NCBI GenBank assembly: GCA_905182015.1
Contig: CAJIZT010000005.1
Location: forward strand, 4,312-68,311
DNA length: 64,000 nucleotides
Source: an alpha proteobacterium MED-G09
GTDB lineage: Bacteria; Pseudomonadota; Alphaproteobacteria; MED-G09
Reading direction: 5' to 3'
Of this stretch, positions 35,096 to 45,555 are shown piece after piece. Within the stretch, counting starts at the first letter, position 1. Each line of letters opens with the position of its first letter. Under the pieces are notes generated by a model, which was not told the DNA's origin, did no database searches, and saw only the letters and a list, made by a program, of their open reading frames with translations. A program made the translations under genes and the position numbers.

Positions 35096-37903
35096 TTAAG
35101 ATTTTAGAGCCTCCTTAACCAAAGCCTCTTGTTGTAATTTATGTAATTTATTTAAACCAACCGCTGGTGCTGAAGCAGATGGCCTACTAACTAGTCTAAT
35201 TTGATTCGAACAAAAACGATCTAATACTCTTTGAAACCTATGTCGGTGACTAAACCAAACACCTTGGTTGGCTGGCTCTTCCTGACACCATACAAAATCT
35301 TCTACATTTGGATATTTTTTTAGTGATTTCTCTAAATCGTTGTAAGGAAATGAATATAATTGTTCTATACGAAGTAATGCAATATCATCTAATTTTAATT
35401 CATTTCTTTTTTTATCTAAATCGTAAAAAACCTTTCCAGAACAAAGTATTACCTTCTTTATTTTATTATACTCTAAATTTTCATCCTCAATAATTGTTTT
35501 GAATTTTCCATTTATTAGATCATCGATAGAAGATGTAGCTGCTGGGTTTCTTAACAAACTTTTAGGTGAAATAACAATAAGTGGCCTTCTCATTTTTCTT
35601 ATAGTTTGAAGTCTAAGTAGGTGATAAATTTGAGAGGGCGTACTTGGAATGCAAACTTGAATATTGTCATGTGCGCATAACTGGAGATATCTTTCTAACC
35701 TTGCACTACTGTGCTCTGGACCTTGACCTTCGTAACCGTGAGGAAGAAGCATTACCAATCCAGAAAGACGATCCCACTTATGCTCTGCTGACACTATAAA
35801 CTGATCTATAACAACCTGAGCGCCATTGGCAAAGTCTCCAAATTGAGCTTCCCATAAAACCAAACCAGTTGGCCAGGTTGTAGAGTATCCGTACTCAAAA
35901 CCTAAAACCGCTTCCTCAGAAAGAAGGGAATCGTAAAGATCTATTTTTGTATTATTTTTATTAGCTATATCAACCAGAGCTATATGTTCGTCTCCAGTTT
36001 TTTGATCATGAAGAGTTGAATGCCTGTGAGCAAAAGTTCCTCTTCTTACATCTTGGCCGGTAAAACGAATTGGATAACTCTCGCTTAGAAGAGTTGCATA
36101 AGCCATATTTTCGGCATAACCCCAGTTTACAGGCATATCACCTGAACCCATTTTTTTTCTATCTTCCAGAACCTTTGTAACTTGTTTTTGCAATTCAAAA
36201 CGTTCTGGCGAACTACAAATTAAGTTACCAAGCTCTTTAAATCTCTCTTCATCAAATGTTGTATCAGTTTTTTCATCCCACTTTCTATTTAAATAAGGGG
36301 ACCAATCAAACCACTTATCCTCATTACCTTTTGCTAAATTATCGGTAACCGACTCTCCTTTTTCTAAAGAAACTCTATATTCTTTTTGATGGTCTTGACA
36401 CTCTCTTAAAGTGATAATGTCTTGGCTTATAAGCTTTTCTTGATATTGATCTTTGACTGATTTATGTGTGTTGATTTTTTTATACATTAAGGGTTGTGTT
36501 ACAGAAGGCTCGTCAGCTTCATTATGACCTCGACGTCTAAAGCAAAACATATCGATTATTATATCTTTTTTAAAAGTATACCTGTACTCACATGCGAGTT
36601 TAGCTGCAAAAACAACCATCTCTGGATCATCTCCGTTTACATGGAGAATAGGGCACTCAATCATTTTTGCTACATCTGTTGCATAAGGTGTAGATCTTGC
36701 ATCTTTTTCATTTGAGGTGGTAAAGCCTATTTGATTATTGACAATAATGTGTATGGTGCCACCAACTCCATAACCTCTAGTTTGAGACATTTGAAGGGTT
36801 TCCATTACAACTCCCTGACCTGAAAAGGATGCATCTCCATGAATCAATATAGGAATTACTAAATCTTGCTGAAGATCCTTCACTCTTTCTTGTCTAGCCC
36901 TAACGGAACCCTCTACCACAGGATTAACAATTTCTAAATGAGATGGGTTATTGTTTAGTGATACATGAACTTCTCCGTTAGGGGTGAGGATATTTGAAGA
37001 AAAACCTAGGTGATACTTTACATCTCCTGTACTAGCTCCCTCTAATTCAAAATCTTCTTCAAACTCAGAAAACAGTTCTTTAGGTGATTTTCCAAGAACA
37101 TTAACCAAAAGGTTTAATCGTCCTCTGTGGGCCATTCCTAAACAAATCTGTTCCGCACCAAAAATACTACAATTTTGTATTAGGCTATCAACAAGAGGGA
37201 TTAAAGATTCCGCCCCCTCACTTCCGAATCTTTTCATTCCAGGGTAACGAGTAGATAAGAATTTTGCCAATCCTTCAGTAGAGTTTAGTCTTTTGAGTAA
37301 GTGAATTTTTTCTTCTTTATTGAAATAAACATTGCCTAAATTTGGCTCTAATCTATCTTGGAACCATAGTCTTTCTCGGGTATTTGTAATGTAATTGTAT
37401 TCGACACCCAAGGTTCCGCAATAGATTTTTTTTAATGAACCCAGTATTCCCGAGAGAGTTTCTTCATCGCTATTAATTTTTAATGTATCAGTCTGAAATG
37501 TTTTATTTAAATCAGATTGATCTAATCCATGAAATTCGAGGTCTAAATCGTCACATTGCTCTGAAGTTTTTAAGCCAAGGGGGTCAAGGTTCGCCCTTTT
37601 ATGACCTCTGTTTCTATATGCTTGTATTAATTGTATTACTCTGATTTGCTTATCATCACCTACAATCCTTTTCTCATAGGATCTCGTTCTTTTTTGGCTT
37701 TTAAAGCGTTGAATAATTTCTTTATGAGAGATCTCCCTCGAATTCTCTGGAACTACGGGTAATGTATTGAAGTAAATTTTCCAATCCTCAGGAACGGAAT
37801 TCGGATCCTCTTGGTATGATTCGTAAAGAGATTCTATATATGGCGCGCTTTCATCTGATGTGTTTAACGCAGACGAGAAGTCATCTTTATTTTTCATTTT
37901 CAT
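35096..37903 (-). CDS. sucA: 2-oxoglutarate dehydrogenase E1
   Basis: [57 protein letters not shown]. Confidence 0.97.
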   Translation of the reverse strand: MKMKNKDDFSSALNTSDESAPYIESLYESYQEDPNSVPEDWKIYFNTLPVVPENSREISHKEIIQRFKSQKRTRSYEKRIVGDDKQIRVIQLIQAYRNRGHKRANLDPLGLKTSEQCDDLDLEFHGLDQSDLNKTFQTDTLKINSDEETLSGILGSLKKIYCGTLGVEYNYITNTRERLWFQDRLEPNLGNVYFNKEEKIHLLKRLNSTEGLAKFLSTRYPGMKRFGSEGAESLIPLVDSLIQNCSIFGAEQICLGMAHRGRLNLLVNVLGKSPKELFSEFEEDFELEGASTGDVKYHLGFSSNILTPNGEVHVSLNNNPSHLEIVNPVVEGSVRARQERVKDLQQDLVIPILIHGDASFSGQGVVMETLQMSQTRGYGVGGTIHIIVNNQIGFTTSNEKDARSTPYATDVAKMIECPILHVNGDDPEMVVFAAKLACEYRYTFKKDIIIDMFCFRRRGHNEADEPSVTQPLMYKKINTHKSVKDQYQEKLISQDIITLRECQDHQKEYRVSLEKGESVTDNLAKGNEDKWFDWSPYLNRKWDEKTDTTFDEERFKELGNLICSSPERFELQKQVTKVLEDRKKMGSGDMPVNWGYAENMAYATLLSESYPIRFTGQDVRRGTFAHRHSTLHDQKTGDEHIALVDIANKNNTKIDLYDSLLSEEAVLGFEYGYSTTWPTGLVLWEAQFGDFANGAQVVIDQFIVSAEHKWDRLSGLVMLLPHGYEGQGPEHSSARLERYLQLCAHDNIQVCIPSTPSQIYHLLRLQTIRKMRRPLIVISPKSLLRNPAATSSIDDLINGKFKTIIEDENLEYNKIKKVILCSGKVFYDLDKKRNELKLDDIALLRIEQLYSFPYNDLEKSLKKYPNVEDFVWCQEEPANQGVWFSHRHRFQRVLDRFCSNQIRLVSRPSASAPAVGLNKLHKLQQEALVKEALKS

Positions 37904-38119
37904 TCCTTGGAACTAAAACAAGTTAAAGTTATTTTTAGTTACTCTGTAAGCTAGATGAAACTTATTCTCAAATGAAAATTAAATTTCAAAAAAAATGTTA
38001 TTAGTTAATAAAAATATATACAAAATAATTCCCAATCTCTAATCTTTTTTATGGATAGTCCTTATAGTTAGTTGTGGTTAGATTTAAGCTGAGTTTTTAT
38101 CGTTTAGTATATAATATAA

Positions 38120-39943
38120 TTATAGATTTTGTTCTTCCAGCCACTTATTTTCTTTTATTTCTAAGTCTTTTTGAGTTTTATTATGTTTTTCTAGAATCTT
38201 ACCCATAAGGGCTGAGTTTTTTATTGCCTCTGGTGAAATCATTTCTGATTCAATTTCAGATAACTTCATGGTTAACTTTTTTATATCTCTTTCAAGTCCA
38301 ATTGCTAATTTATCGTTTTTTAATTTTTTTTCACCTTTTTCAGATTTCTTCTTCTTTTTTTCTTTTGCTCTTTCATCACGCCTTTGATCAATTATAAGCT
38401 TACGATAAGCTATTAAATCATCATTATACGAAGTTACTGCACCATCCTTGATAAGTAAAAGCTCGTCTGCAACAGCCTCTACAAGGTGAGGATCATGGCT
38501 TACGATAATTATACATCCATTATAGTTATTTAATGCATTAATTAGAGCTGCTCTTGCATCAATATCGAGATGGTTTGTTGGTTCATCAAGAAGCATTATG
38601 TGAGGGGCATCATAGCTCATTAAGCAAAAAAGTAATCTAGATTTCTCGCCGCCCGACAGCTCTGCAACCTTTGTATCAGACTTACCTTTATCAAACCCAA
38701 ACTTCCCTAGTATTGCCCTGACCTTATGATCCGGGTAGTCACGAACAATACTTCTCAAGGTATCAAATGGGGTTGATTCTATATCCAATTCATCGGTTTG
38801 ATGTTGTGCAAAATAACCGACTCTAAGTTTTTTGTTTTTATCGATAGAGCCATTTAACTGTTTTAGTTTTCCTGAGATTAATTTTATTAGTGTAGACTTC
38901 CCGTTTCCATTTGCGCCAAGCAAAGCAATCCTGCTATCATTAGTGATGCTTAGGTTAACCTTCTTTAAGACAGGCTTGTCTATCTCATAACCAACATCCG
39001 CTTTTTCAATTGTAATGATTGGTGAAGGAATATTTTCTGGTTCGGGAAACTTAAAACTAGTTGATCTTTCCGAAATCAAAGCGTCAACCATATCCATTCT
39101 TTCTATGGCCTTGAGACGACTCTGTGATTGCTTTGCTTTGCTTGCTTTTGCTCCAAAGCGATTCACAAATTCCATCATTTTCTTTTTATGGGCTTGTTGT
39201 TTTTCAAATAACGCTTGATGCCCCATCCTTTTTTGAGCATGAGTAGATTCGAACTGATCGTAATTTCCTGTATACATTGATAGCTTCAACTGGTCTAAAT
39301 GAATCACATGATTGACCGTCTTATTTAATGTTTCTCGGTCATGACTTATCAATATGTAAGTCTTTGGATATTTAACCAAATACTCTTCAAGCCAAATAAT
39401 AGCTTCAAAATCTAGATGATTAGTGGGCTCATCTAAGAGCAAAAGATCTGGTTCACAAAATAAGGCTGCTGCCAAAGCAACACGCATTTTCCAGCCACCG
39501 GAAAAGTTACTAATAGGTTGGCTTTGGTCTGCTACACTAAACCCAAGGCCGGATAGAATAATAGATGCTTTGGACGGTGCTTCATAAGCATGGATATCAC
39601 TAAGTCTAGTATAAATATCTGAAATCCTATCAGGATCTGTAGCTGATTCAGCCTCGTTAAGAAGTTCTGTTCTCTCAGTATCAGCCTCTAAAACAACATC
39701 AAGTAGACTGGTATCATCATTTTTCAGATCTTGTTTCACCACTCCAATAGTAATTCCTGAGTTGGTAATGATATCGCCAGCATCTAATTCTATTTCTTTA
39801 TTGATTAATTTAAATAAAGTTGATTTACCAGTACCATTTTGACCAACAAGACCCACGTGATGTCCTTCAGGAATTGCCACAGATGATTTATCAATGAGTG
39901 TTCTTCCAGCTATTCGGTAGGTAATATTTTTAAATTCTATCAT
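38120..39943 (-). CDS. ABC-F family ATP-binding protein (YheS-like)
   Basis: Two ABC domains (GQNGTGKST, FSGGW, LLDEPTNHLD; GANGNGKST, LSGGE), no TM domain, C-terminal coiled coil. Confidence 0.93.
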   Translation of the reverse strand: MIEFKNITYRIAGRTLIDKSSVAIPEGHHVGLVGQNGTGKSTLFKLINKEIELDAGDIITNSGITIGVVKQDLKNDDTSLLDVVLEADTERTELLNEAESATDPDRISDIYTRLSDIHAYEAPSKASIILSGLGFSVADQSQPISNFSGGWKMRVALAAALFCEPDLLLLDEPTNHLDFEAIIWLEEYLVKYPKTYILISHDRETLNKTVNHVIHLDQLKLSMYTGNYDQFESTHAQKRMGHQALFEKQQAHKKKMMEFVNRFGAKASKAKQSQSRLKAIERMDMVDALISERSTSFKFPEPENIPSPIITIEKADVGYEIDKPVLKKVNLSITNDSRIALLGANGNGKSTLIKLISGKLKQLNGSIDKNKKLRVGYFAQHQTDELDIESTPFDTLRSIVRDYPDHKVRAILGKFGFDKGKSDTKVAELSGGEKSRLLFCLMSYDAPHIMLLDEPTNHLDIDARAALINALNNYNGCIIIVSHDPHLVEAVADELLLIKDGAVTSYNDDLIAYRKLIIDQRRDERAKEKKKKKSEKGEKKLKNDKLAIGLERDIKKLTMKLSEIESEMISPEAIKNSALMGKILEKHNKTQKDLEIKENKWLEEQNL

Positions 39944-39991
39944 GATTATGTTGCTTGAAGTTAATTTACTATTAAGGAGTCTTTTTAGTTA

Positions 39992-40065
39992 TGGAGGCCA
40001 CTGCCAGATTCGAACTGGCGTCCACGGCTTTGCAGGCCGCTGCGTAACCACTCCGCCAAGTGGCC
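39992..40065 (-). tRNA. tRNA-Cys(GCA)
   Basis: Minus strand GGCCACTTGGCGGAGTGGTTACGCAGCGGCCT-GCA-AAGCCG...GTTCGAATC...GTGGCCTCCA, 74 nt. Confidence 0.97.
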
Positions 40066-40248
40066 ATCATAACATTCTCTTTTCATATTAGATTTGTATC
40101 ATATTTGTCCAGTCTTCTATTTTTATAAAGTAATATTAAATATTACTTATTTACTATTTATTTACAAAATTCTTGAATTAAAGATCAATATCTTCTATTT
40201 AAATAAAAAGTGACGTATGCGTCATTTTTAATTAATCTGAGGTATTTT

Positions 40249-41613
40249 ATGAGAAATTTCTTTTCTAAGTCTTGTCTTGCCGGCTTACTATTTTTTCCTT
40301 TATCGCTAATCGCCGATAATCTTGAGGAGGCTTTGTCACTTGCTTATTCAAATAACCCCACAATAAAAGCCGAGAGATCGAACCTAAGGTCATTGGATGA
40401 AATGGTCTCTTCTGCCTCTTCAATGCTTTATCCTAGTATAAATATTTCATCCTCCTACGGAGAGTCATCCATTAATTATGGTGATATAGATGAGCTCACG
40501 TTTCACCCTCAAATCTCTTCAATCGAAGCAAAACAAATATTATTTTCAGGCGGTAGGTTAATAAATAATCGGCTTAAAGCAGTAAACGCTGTTAAGGCGG
40601 GCAGGGCTAATTTAAGAATAATAGAACAAGACACCTTATTTGCTGCTGCAGATGTATTTTTCAGTGTTTTAAAAAGCCAAAAAATTGTTGAATTAATGAA
40701 AAGTAACTTTGACATTTTATCTGAAAGACTAATAGTTACTAAAATTCAATTTGAAGTTGGTGAACTAACTTTAACTGACGTTGCGCAGTCTGAAGCAAGA
40801 CTTGCGTTAGCCCAAGCAAACTTATCAGAATCAAGGTCCAATCTTGAAATAAGTAAGGCAAATTATAAAGCAATCATAGGCACTGAACCTAATAATTTGT
40901 CTGACTATAATAGGCCAATTATTTTACCTGAGTCAGCCGATGATGCAACCTTAATTGCCCAAGATAATAGCCCTTTTCTTAAATTTGCAGAAAGAAAAGA
41001 AAAGTCCTCCAGGTATGGATTGGCTTCAACAAAATCTATGCTATCTCCTGTTTTTAGCATTCAGGGAGAGTATTCTTATTCAAAAGAGGTTTTTCTCAGA
41101 AAGGACGATAGTGACTCCTATCAAGTTACAGGATCAGTCAGCATGCCAATTTTTACTGGAGGTTTAAATTGGTCTAATATTAGAAAAGCTCAAGAAATTA
41201 ATAATAGAGACCAATACCTTTTGGTGGAATCTAGAAGGCGCTTAAAGCAGAAGGTTAAAACGGCCTTTTCACAATACACCGCATCGCTATCAAAAATAGA
41301 ATCTACTAAAAAGCAAGTCGAGGCTAATAAAATTGCCCTTGAAGGTGTTAAGATCGAGTTCGAGTTGGGAACTAGAACAAATTTAGACGTTCTGGATGCC
41401 GAAAGAGAGTATCTTGATGCTCAGGTAGCCTTGGTAAGTTCAAAAAATAGCTCTATGTTGTCCCAGTTTTTTATTTTATTAAGTATTGGCGATTTAACCC
41501 CTAAAAAACTTTCTCTCCCTGTTGAGATTTATAATCCTTTAGAAAACTACAATGACGTTAAAAATATTAAAATTGGATGGAAAAGATTTAAAGACATTAA
41601 AAATGTTAATTGA
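40249..41613 (+). CDS. tolC: TolC family outer membrane protein
   Basis: Signal peptide; AYSNNP, FEVGELTLTDVAQSEARL, GTRTNLDVLDAE; start at ATG 40249 behind GAGGT. Confidence 0.9.
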   Translation: MRNFFSKSCLAGLLFFPLSLIADNLEEALSLAYSNNPTIKAERSNLRSLDEMVSSASSMLYPSINISSSYGESSINYGDIDELTFHPQISSIEAKQILFSGGRLINNRLKAVNAVKAGRANLRIIEQDTLFAAADVFFSVLKSQKIVELMKSNFDILSERLIVTKIQFEVGELTLTDVAQSEARLALAQANLSESRSNLEISKANYKAIIGTEPNNLSDYNRPIILPESADDATLIAQDNSPFLKFAERKEKSSRYGLASTKSMLSPVFSIQGEYSYSKEVFLRKDDSDSYQVTGSVSMPIFTGGLNWSNIRKAQEINNRDQYLLVESRRRLKQKVKTAFSQYTASLSKIESTKKQVEANKIALEGVKIEFELGTRTNLDVLDAEREYLDAQVALVSSKNSSMLSQFFILLSIGDLTPKKLSLPVEIYNPLENYNDVKNIKIGWKRFKDIKNVN

Positions 41614-41647
41614 TATATAGATACTATCTTGTAAGGTATATTTTATT

Positions 41648-42100
41648 ATGGTGTCTGAAGAAAAAAATCAAGAAATGTCTGTTGATGAAATCCTTTCTTC
41701 TATAAAGGAGGTAATATCAAATGAGACAGCTTCAATAACCGATAATTCTGATAATGAAATTCTTGAGTTAACAGATGTTGTCTCTGGTGAGGATGATTCA
41801 ATTTTATTGGATGATATTGTTGACAAAAAGGTAATTAATGAAGTTCTAAAAAATGATGATTCAATTTTACTAGACGATGTCGTGGATGACGAGGCAATTA
41901 ACGAAGGTTTAACAGGTGAGGATTTAAGAAAAAATTCAAACCTCGACGGTAGTAATTTTTTATCCGATCTTTCAATAGATAGCATTATAAAAGAAACTGT
42001 TAAAGAAACCCTTAATGAGTGGTTTTCTAAAAATTTAAAACCCATTGTTGAAGAATCTGTTAAAGAAGAAATAGCAAAATTATTTAAAAAACGTAACTAA
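41648..42100 (+). CDS. popZ: PopZ-like polar organiser (DUF2497)
   Basis: N-helix EMSVDEILSSIKEVIS, acidic linker, C-terminal LNEWFSKNLKPIVEESVKEEI; tolC-popZ-valS synteny. Confidence 0.85.
   Translation: MVSEEKNQEMSVDEILSSIKEVISNETASITDNSDNEILELTDVVSGEDDSILLDDIVDKKVINEVLKNDDSILLDDVVDDEAINEGLTGEDLRKNSNLDGSNFLSDLSIDSIIKETVKETLNEWFSKNLKPIVEESVKEEIAKLFKKRN
41792..41911 (+). repeat. Degenerate 63-bp-period tandem duplication inside popZ
   Basis: GATGATTCAATTTTA at 41792 and 41855; DDSILLDDIVD..INE / DDSILLDDVVD..INE. Confidence 0.8.
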
Positions 42101-42101
42101 T

Positions 42102-44756
42102 ATGATTGATACAAAATACAATCCCTCTGAAGCAGAGAAGCGCATTTACAATACCTGGGAATCTAAAGGATTTTTTAAATCTCCACAGGCCAAGGGAGAG
42201 AAATTTTCCATCGTAATGCCCCCACCCAATGTTACCGGAAGCCTACATATGGGGCATGCATTAAATACCACATTACAAGATATAATTGTACGCTATCAAA
42301 GAATGAAGGGCAAAGATGTCCTATGGCAGCCGGGTACCGATCATGCTGGCATTGCAACACAAATGGTTGTCGAAAGAAATCTTCTTAAGGAAAGAGGAAT
42401 TGAACGAAGGGATTTGGGAAGAGATTCTTTCATTGAAGAGATTTGGAAGTGGAAAGAAAAATCTGGGGGTACAATAACTGAACAGTTAAGAAGGTTGGGA
42501 GCATCTTGTGATTGGAGTAGGGAAAGATTTACAATGGATGATGGTTTATCGGATGCTGTTGTTAAGGTTTTCGTTGATCTTTATAATGATAAATTAATTT
42601 ACAAAGACAAGAGATTAGTAAATTGGGATCCCAGGCTAAAAACTGCTATTTCAGATCTCGAGGTTATCCAAAAAGAAACAGAGGGCTTCCTTTGGTATAT
42701 TAAATATGATTTTAAGAATGAACCAAATAAATCAATAACAATAGCTACCACAAGACCTGAAACAATGTTCGGGGATACTGCGATAGCTGTTCATCCAGGA
42801 GATGAAAGATACAAGGGGCTTATTGGGAAAGAAATTATTATACCTATAGTTGGAAGGGCTATACCAATTGTTGAAGATGAATATGCTGATCCTGAGCAAG
42901 GAAGTGGAGCAGTTAAAATAACTCCAGCACACGATTTTAATGATTTTGAAGTCGGTAAAAGAAATAATCTGGAAATGATATCCATTTTTGATGCTAATGG
43001 TTCTTTAAATGAGAATGTTCCCAAAGAGTGGCAGGGTATTGATAGGTTTAAAGCTAGGGATTTACTGCTGGGTAAATTAGAAAAAGACGGATTTTTAGTG
43101 AAGTCCGAGCCTTATTCTCATGCAATTCCTCACGGGGATAGGTCAGATGTTATTATCGAGCCTTACTTAACGGATCAGTGGTATGTGGATGCTAAAACTT
43201 TAGCAATACCTGCTATCAAACATGTTAAGAGCGGTAAGACGAAATTCATTCCTGAAAATTGGTCAAAAACATACTTTGAATGGATGGAGAATATACAGCC
43301 CTGGTGTATTTCAAGACAATTGTGGTGGGGTCATCGTATCCCTGCATGGTATACTGATAATAATGATATTATTGTTGCTATGTCAGAATCAGAAGCCTTA
43401 AAAATAGCTAAAGAAAAATATAGTACTGATAAAATTTCTCGTGATGAGGACGTTCTTGATACATGGTTTTCCTCAGCCTTATGGCCATTTACAACTCTTG
43501 GGTGGCCCAATGATAAAAATGATCTAGAGAGATATTATCCAACTAGCCTTCTGGTAACAGGGTTCGATATTATATTTTTTTGGGTTGCACGTATGATGAT
43601 GATGGGTCTTTACTTTCAGAAGAATATTCCTTTTTCAGAGGTTTATATTCATGCGTTAGTGCGTGATGAAAATGGTCAAAAAATGTCAAAATCAAAGGGT
43701 AATGTAGTTGACCCTCTGGACCTTATTGATAACTTTGGAGCTGATTCCCTTAGGTTTACCCTGGCTTCAATGGCTTCTCAAGGGAGAGATATTAAATTAT
43801 CTCAATCCAGGGTTGAGGGATATAGGAATTTCGGAACTAAACTCTGGAATGCGTCACGGTTTTGTGAATTAAACGACTGTTCTTCTAGTCAGAATATTAA
43901 TTTAGAGAATTTAGAATCCTCTCTAACAAATTGGATTTTGGGAGAGATTATAAAAACTGATAAAAAAATTAATCTTTGCCTGGAGGAGTATAGGTTCAAT
44001 GAAGCTGCTAATGAAATTTATCATTTTGTGTGGCATATTTTTTGTGATTGGTATCTTGAGCTAATCAAGCCATACTTTGAGGTGTCTGACATTGAGCACA
44101 CTGATGAAATTAAAGCTATGACAGCTTTTGCTCTTAAATTTATCCTTACTAAGCTTCATCCATTTATGCCCTTTATAACTGAAGAATTGTGGAATAATAT
44201 AGGGTATAAAAAAACACCCCTAATGCTTAGCGATTGGGATTTAAATTTGCCCGTAAACGAAAAACAAAATCTTTCTTCAAATATAGATTTATTAATTGAA
44301 ATTGTTTCCTCAGTTCGCTCCATAAGATCAGAATTAAACATTCCAGCAAAAGCTAACTTATCTATGGAAGTTATCGAAAATAAATATAAAAAATTAAATG
44401 AAATAGAAAATATTAACTTATTCATTAAAAAACTTGCCAGAATAGATTCTATTTCCAAAATAAAAAATTTTTCGGATAGGGCTGCCTTATTTACTGTTTC
44501 CGAAATTGATTTTTCGCTTGTTATAGATGACTCAATTGACTTATCAATGGAGTTAGTCAGAATAGCAAAAGAGGAAGATAAGATATTGCAGGATATTGAA
44601 TCCTTAAAAAGGAAGCTTGATAATAAAAGCTTTGTTGAAAAAGCCCCTAAGAGCGTTGTTCAGGAAAATATTCAAAGGCTGGAGGACTTATCCTCAAGCC
44701 TAATCAAGGTAAAAGAATCAAAATTATTTATAGGTAAATTTGTTTCCAATGAGTGA
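42102..44756 (+). CDS. valS: Valine--tRNA ligase
   Basis: PPPNVTGSLHMGH, WCISRQLWWGH, DVLDTWFSS, KMSKS. Confidence 0.98.
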   Translation: MIDTKYNPSEAEKRIYNTWESKGFFKSPQAKGEKFSIVMPPPNVTGSLHMGHALNTTLQDIIVRYQRMKGKDVLWQPGTDHAGIATQMVVERNLLKERGIERRDLGRDSFIEEIWKWKEKSGGTITEQLRRLGASCDWSRERFTMDDGLSDAVVKVFVDLYNDKLIYKDKRLVNWDPRLKTAISDLEVIQKETEGFLWYIKYDFKNEPNKSITIATTRPETMFGDTAIAVHPGDERYKGLIGKEIIIPIVGRAIPIVEDEYADPEQGSGAVKITPAHDFNDFEVGKRNNLEMISIFDANGSLNENVPKEWQGIDRFKARDLLLGKLEKDGFLVKSEPYSHAIPHGDRSDVIIEPYLTDQWYVDAKTLAIPAIKHVKSGKTKFIPENWSKTYFEWMENIQPWCISRQLWWGHRIPAWYTDNNDIIVAMSESEALKIAKEKYSTDKISRDEDVLDTWFSSALWPFTTLGWPNDKNDLERYYPTSLLVTGFDIIFFWVARMMMMGLYFQKNIPFSEVYIHALVRDENGQKMSKSKGNVVDPLDLIDNFGADSLRFTLASMASQGRDIKLSQSRVEGYRNFGTKLWNASRFCELNDCSSSQNINLENLESSLTNWILGEIIKTDKKINLCLEEYRFNEAANEIYHFVWHIFCDWYLELIKPYFEVSDIEHTDEIKAMTAFALKFILTKLHPFMPFITEELWNNIGYKKTPLMLSDWDLNLPVNEKQNLSSNIDLLIEIVSSVRSIRSELNIPAKANLSMEVIENKYKKLNEIENINLFIKKLARIDSISKIKNFSDRAALFTVSEIDFSLVIDDSIDLSMELVRIAKEEDKILQDIESLKRKLDNKSFVEKAPKSVVQENIQRLEDLSSSLIKVKESKLFIGKFVSNE

Positions 44757-45537
44757 TAGTCAAAAAATAAAAAAGAGAACATGCCCTCTGTGCAATAAAT
44801 CTAATAATAACAATTATTTATATTACGAATCGAATCCATGGAAGCTAGTCCAATGTGAATGTTCTTTTGTTTATATGCCCGAGGTTCCAGTCTTTGAAAG
44901 AATGAAAAATGAATTCTCGTGGGAAAGGAATTTTAATAAAAATGAGACTGTTAGTATAAAAAAAAGAGTTAGAAGATTTGTTAAGGGTTTATTAAAGCGA
45001 GATAAGCTAAAGTATTTGTTGAATACATTTTGCAAGAGCGGTGATATTCTAGACATTGGCTGCGGTTCTGGAGCTAAATTTGATAATATTTCAGATATCT
45101 TCACTCCATTTGGAATTGACATTTCAGAAGAATCTGCTCGAGAGGCTAATGAAAGTTTTAAAAAAAGAGGAGGAGAAGCTGTTTGCGCCCCCTCTACTGA
45201 AGTTCTGGATAAATTTGGAAAAAATAAATTTTCTGGTGCAATATTAAGGGCTTATCTTGAGCACGAACACGAACCATTTGAGGTATTAAAAAATTTAAAA
45301 TACACACTCAAAAATGACGCTTACGTTATTATTAAAGTTCCGAATTACGCTAGTGTGAATAGAATAGTTAGGGGTAATAAGTGGTGTGGTTTTAGGTTCC
45401 CCGATCACGTTAATCAATTTACTCCAAAAACATTACTAAGAATGGTAAGAGATGCTAATTATAAAGTAGTAAAGTTTAATTTTTTTGATTACCTGCCAAC
45501 AAGTGACAATATGTGGATGGTTATTAAACCAAAATAA
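44749..45537 (+). CDS. Class I SAM-dependent methyltransferase with N-terminal Cys cluster
   Basis: CPLC..CEC, LDIGCGSG, LEH, VPN, PDHVNQFTP; start at ATG 44749 overlapping the valS stop. Confidence 0.8.
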   Translation: MSDSQKIKKRTCPLCNKSNNNNYLYYESNPWKLVQCECSFVYMPEVPVFERMKNEFSWERNFNKNETVSIKKRVRRFVKGLLKRDKLKYLLNTFCKSGDILDIGCGSGAKFDNISDIFTPFGIDISEESAREANESFKKRGGEAVCAPSTEVLDKFGKNKFSGAILRAYLEHEHEPFEVLKNLKYTLKNDAYVIIKVPNYASVNRIVRGNKWCGFRFPDHVNQFTPKTLLRMVRDANYKVVKFNFFDYLPTSDNMWMVIKPK

Positions 45538-45555
45538 TGATTAAGAGGTAAAATT

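Noticed and set aside
37904..38119. AT-rich gap upstream of sucA as a possible ncRNA or riboswitch
   Set aside because: No stable stems or recognisable motif seen
28930..40065. Integrative element or prophage bounded by tRNA-Asn and tRNA-Cys
   Set aside because: No integrase, transposase or phage genes, and no duplicated tRNA 3' end found by eye
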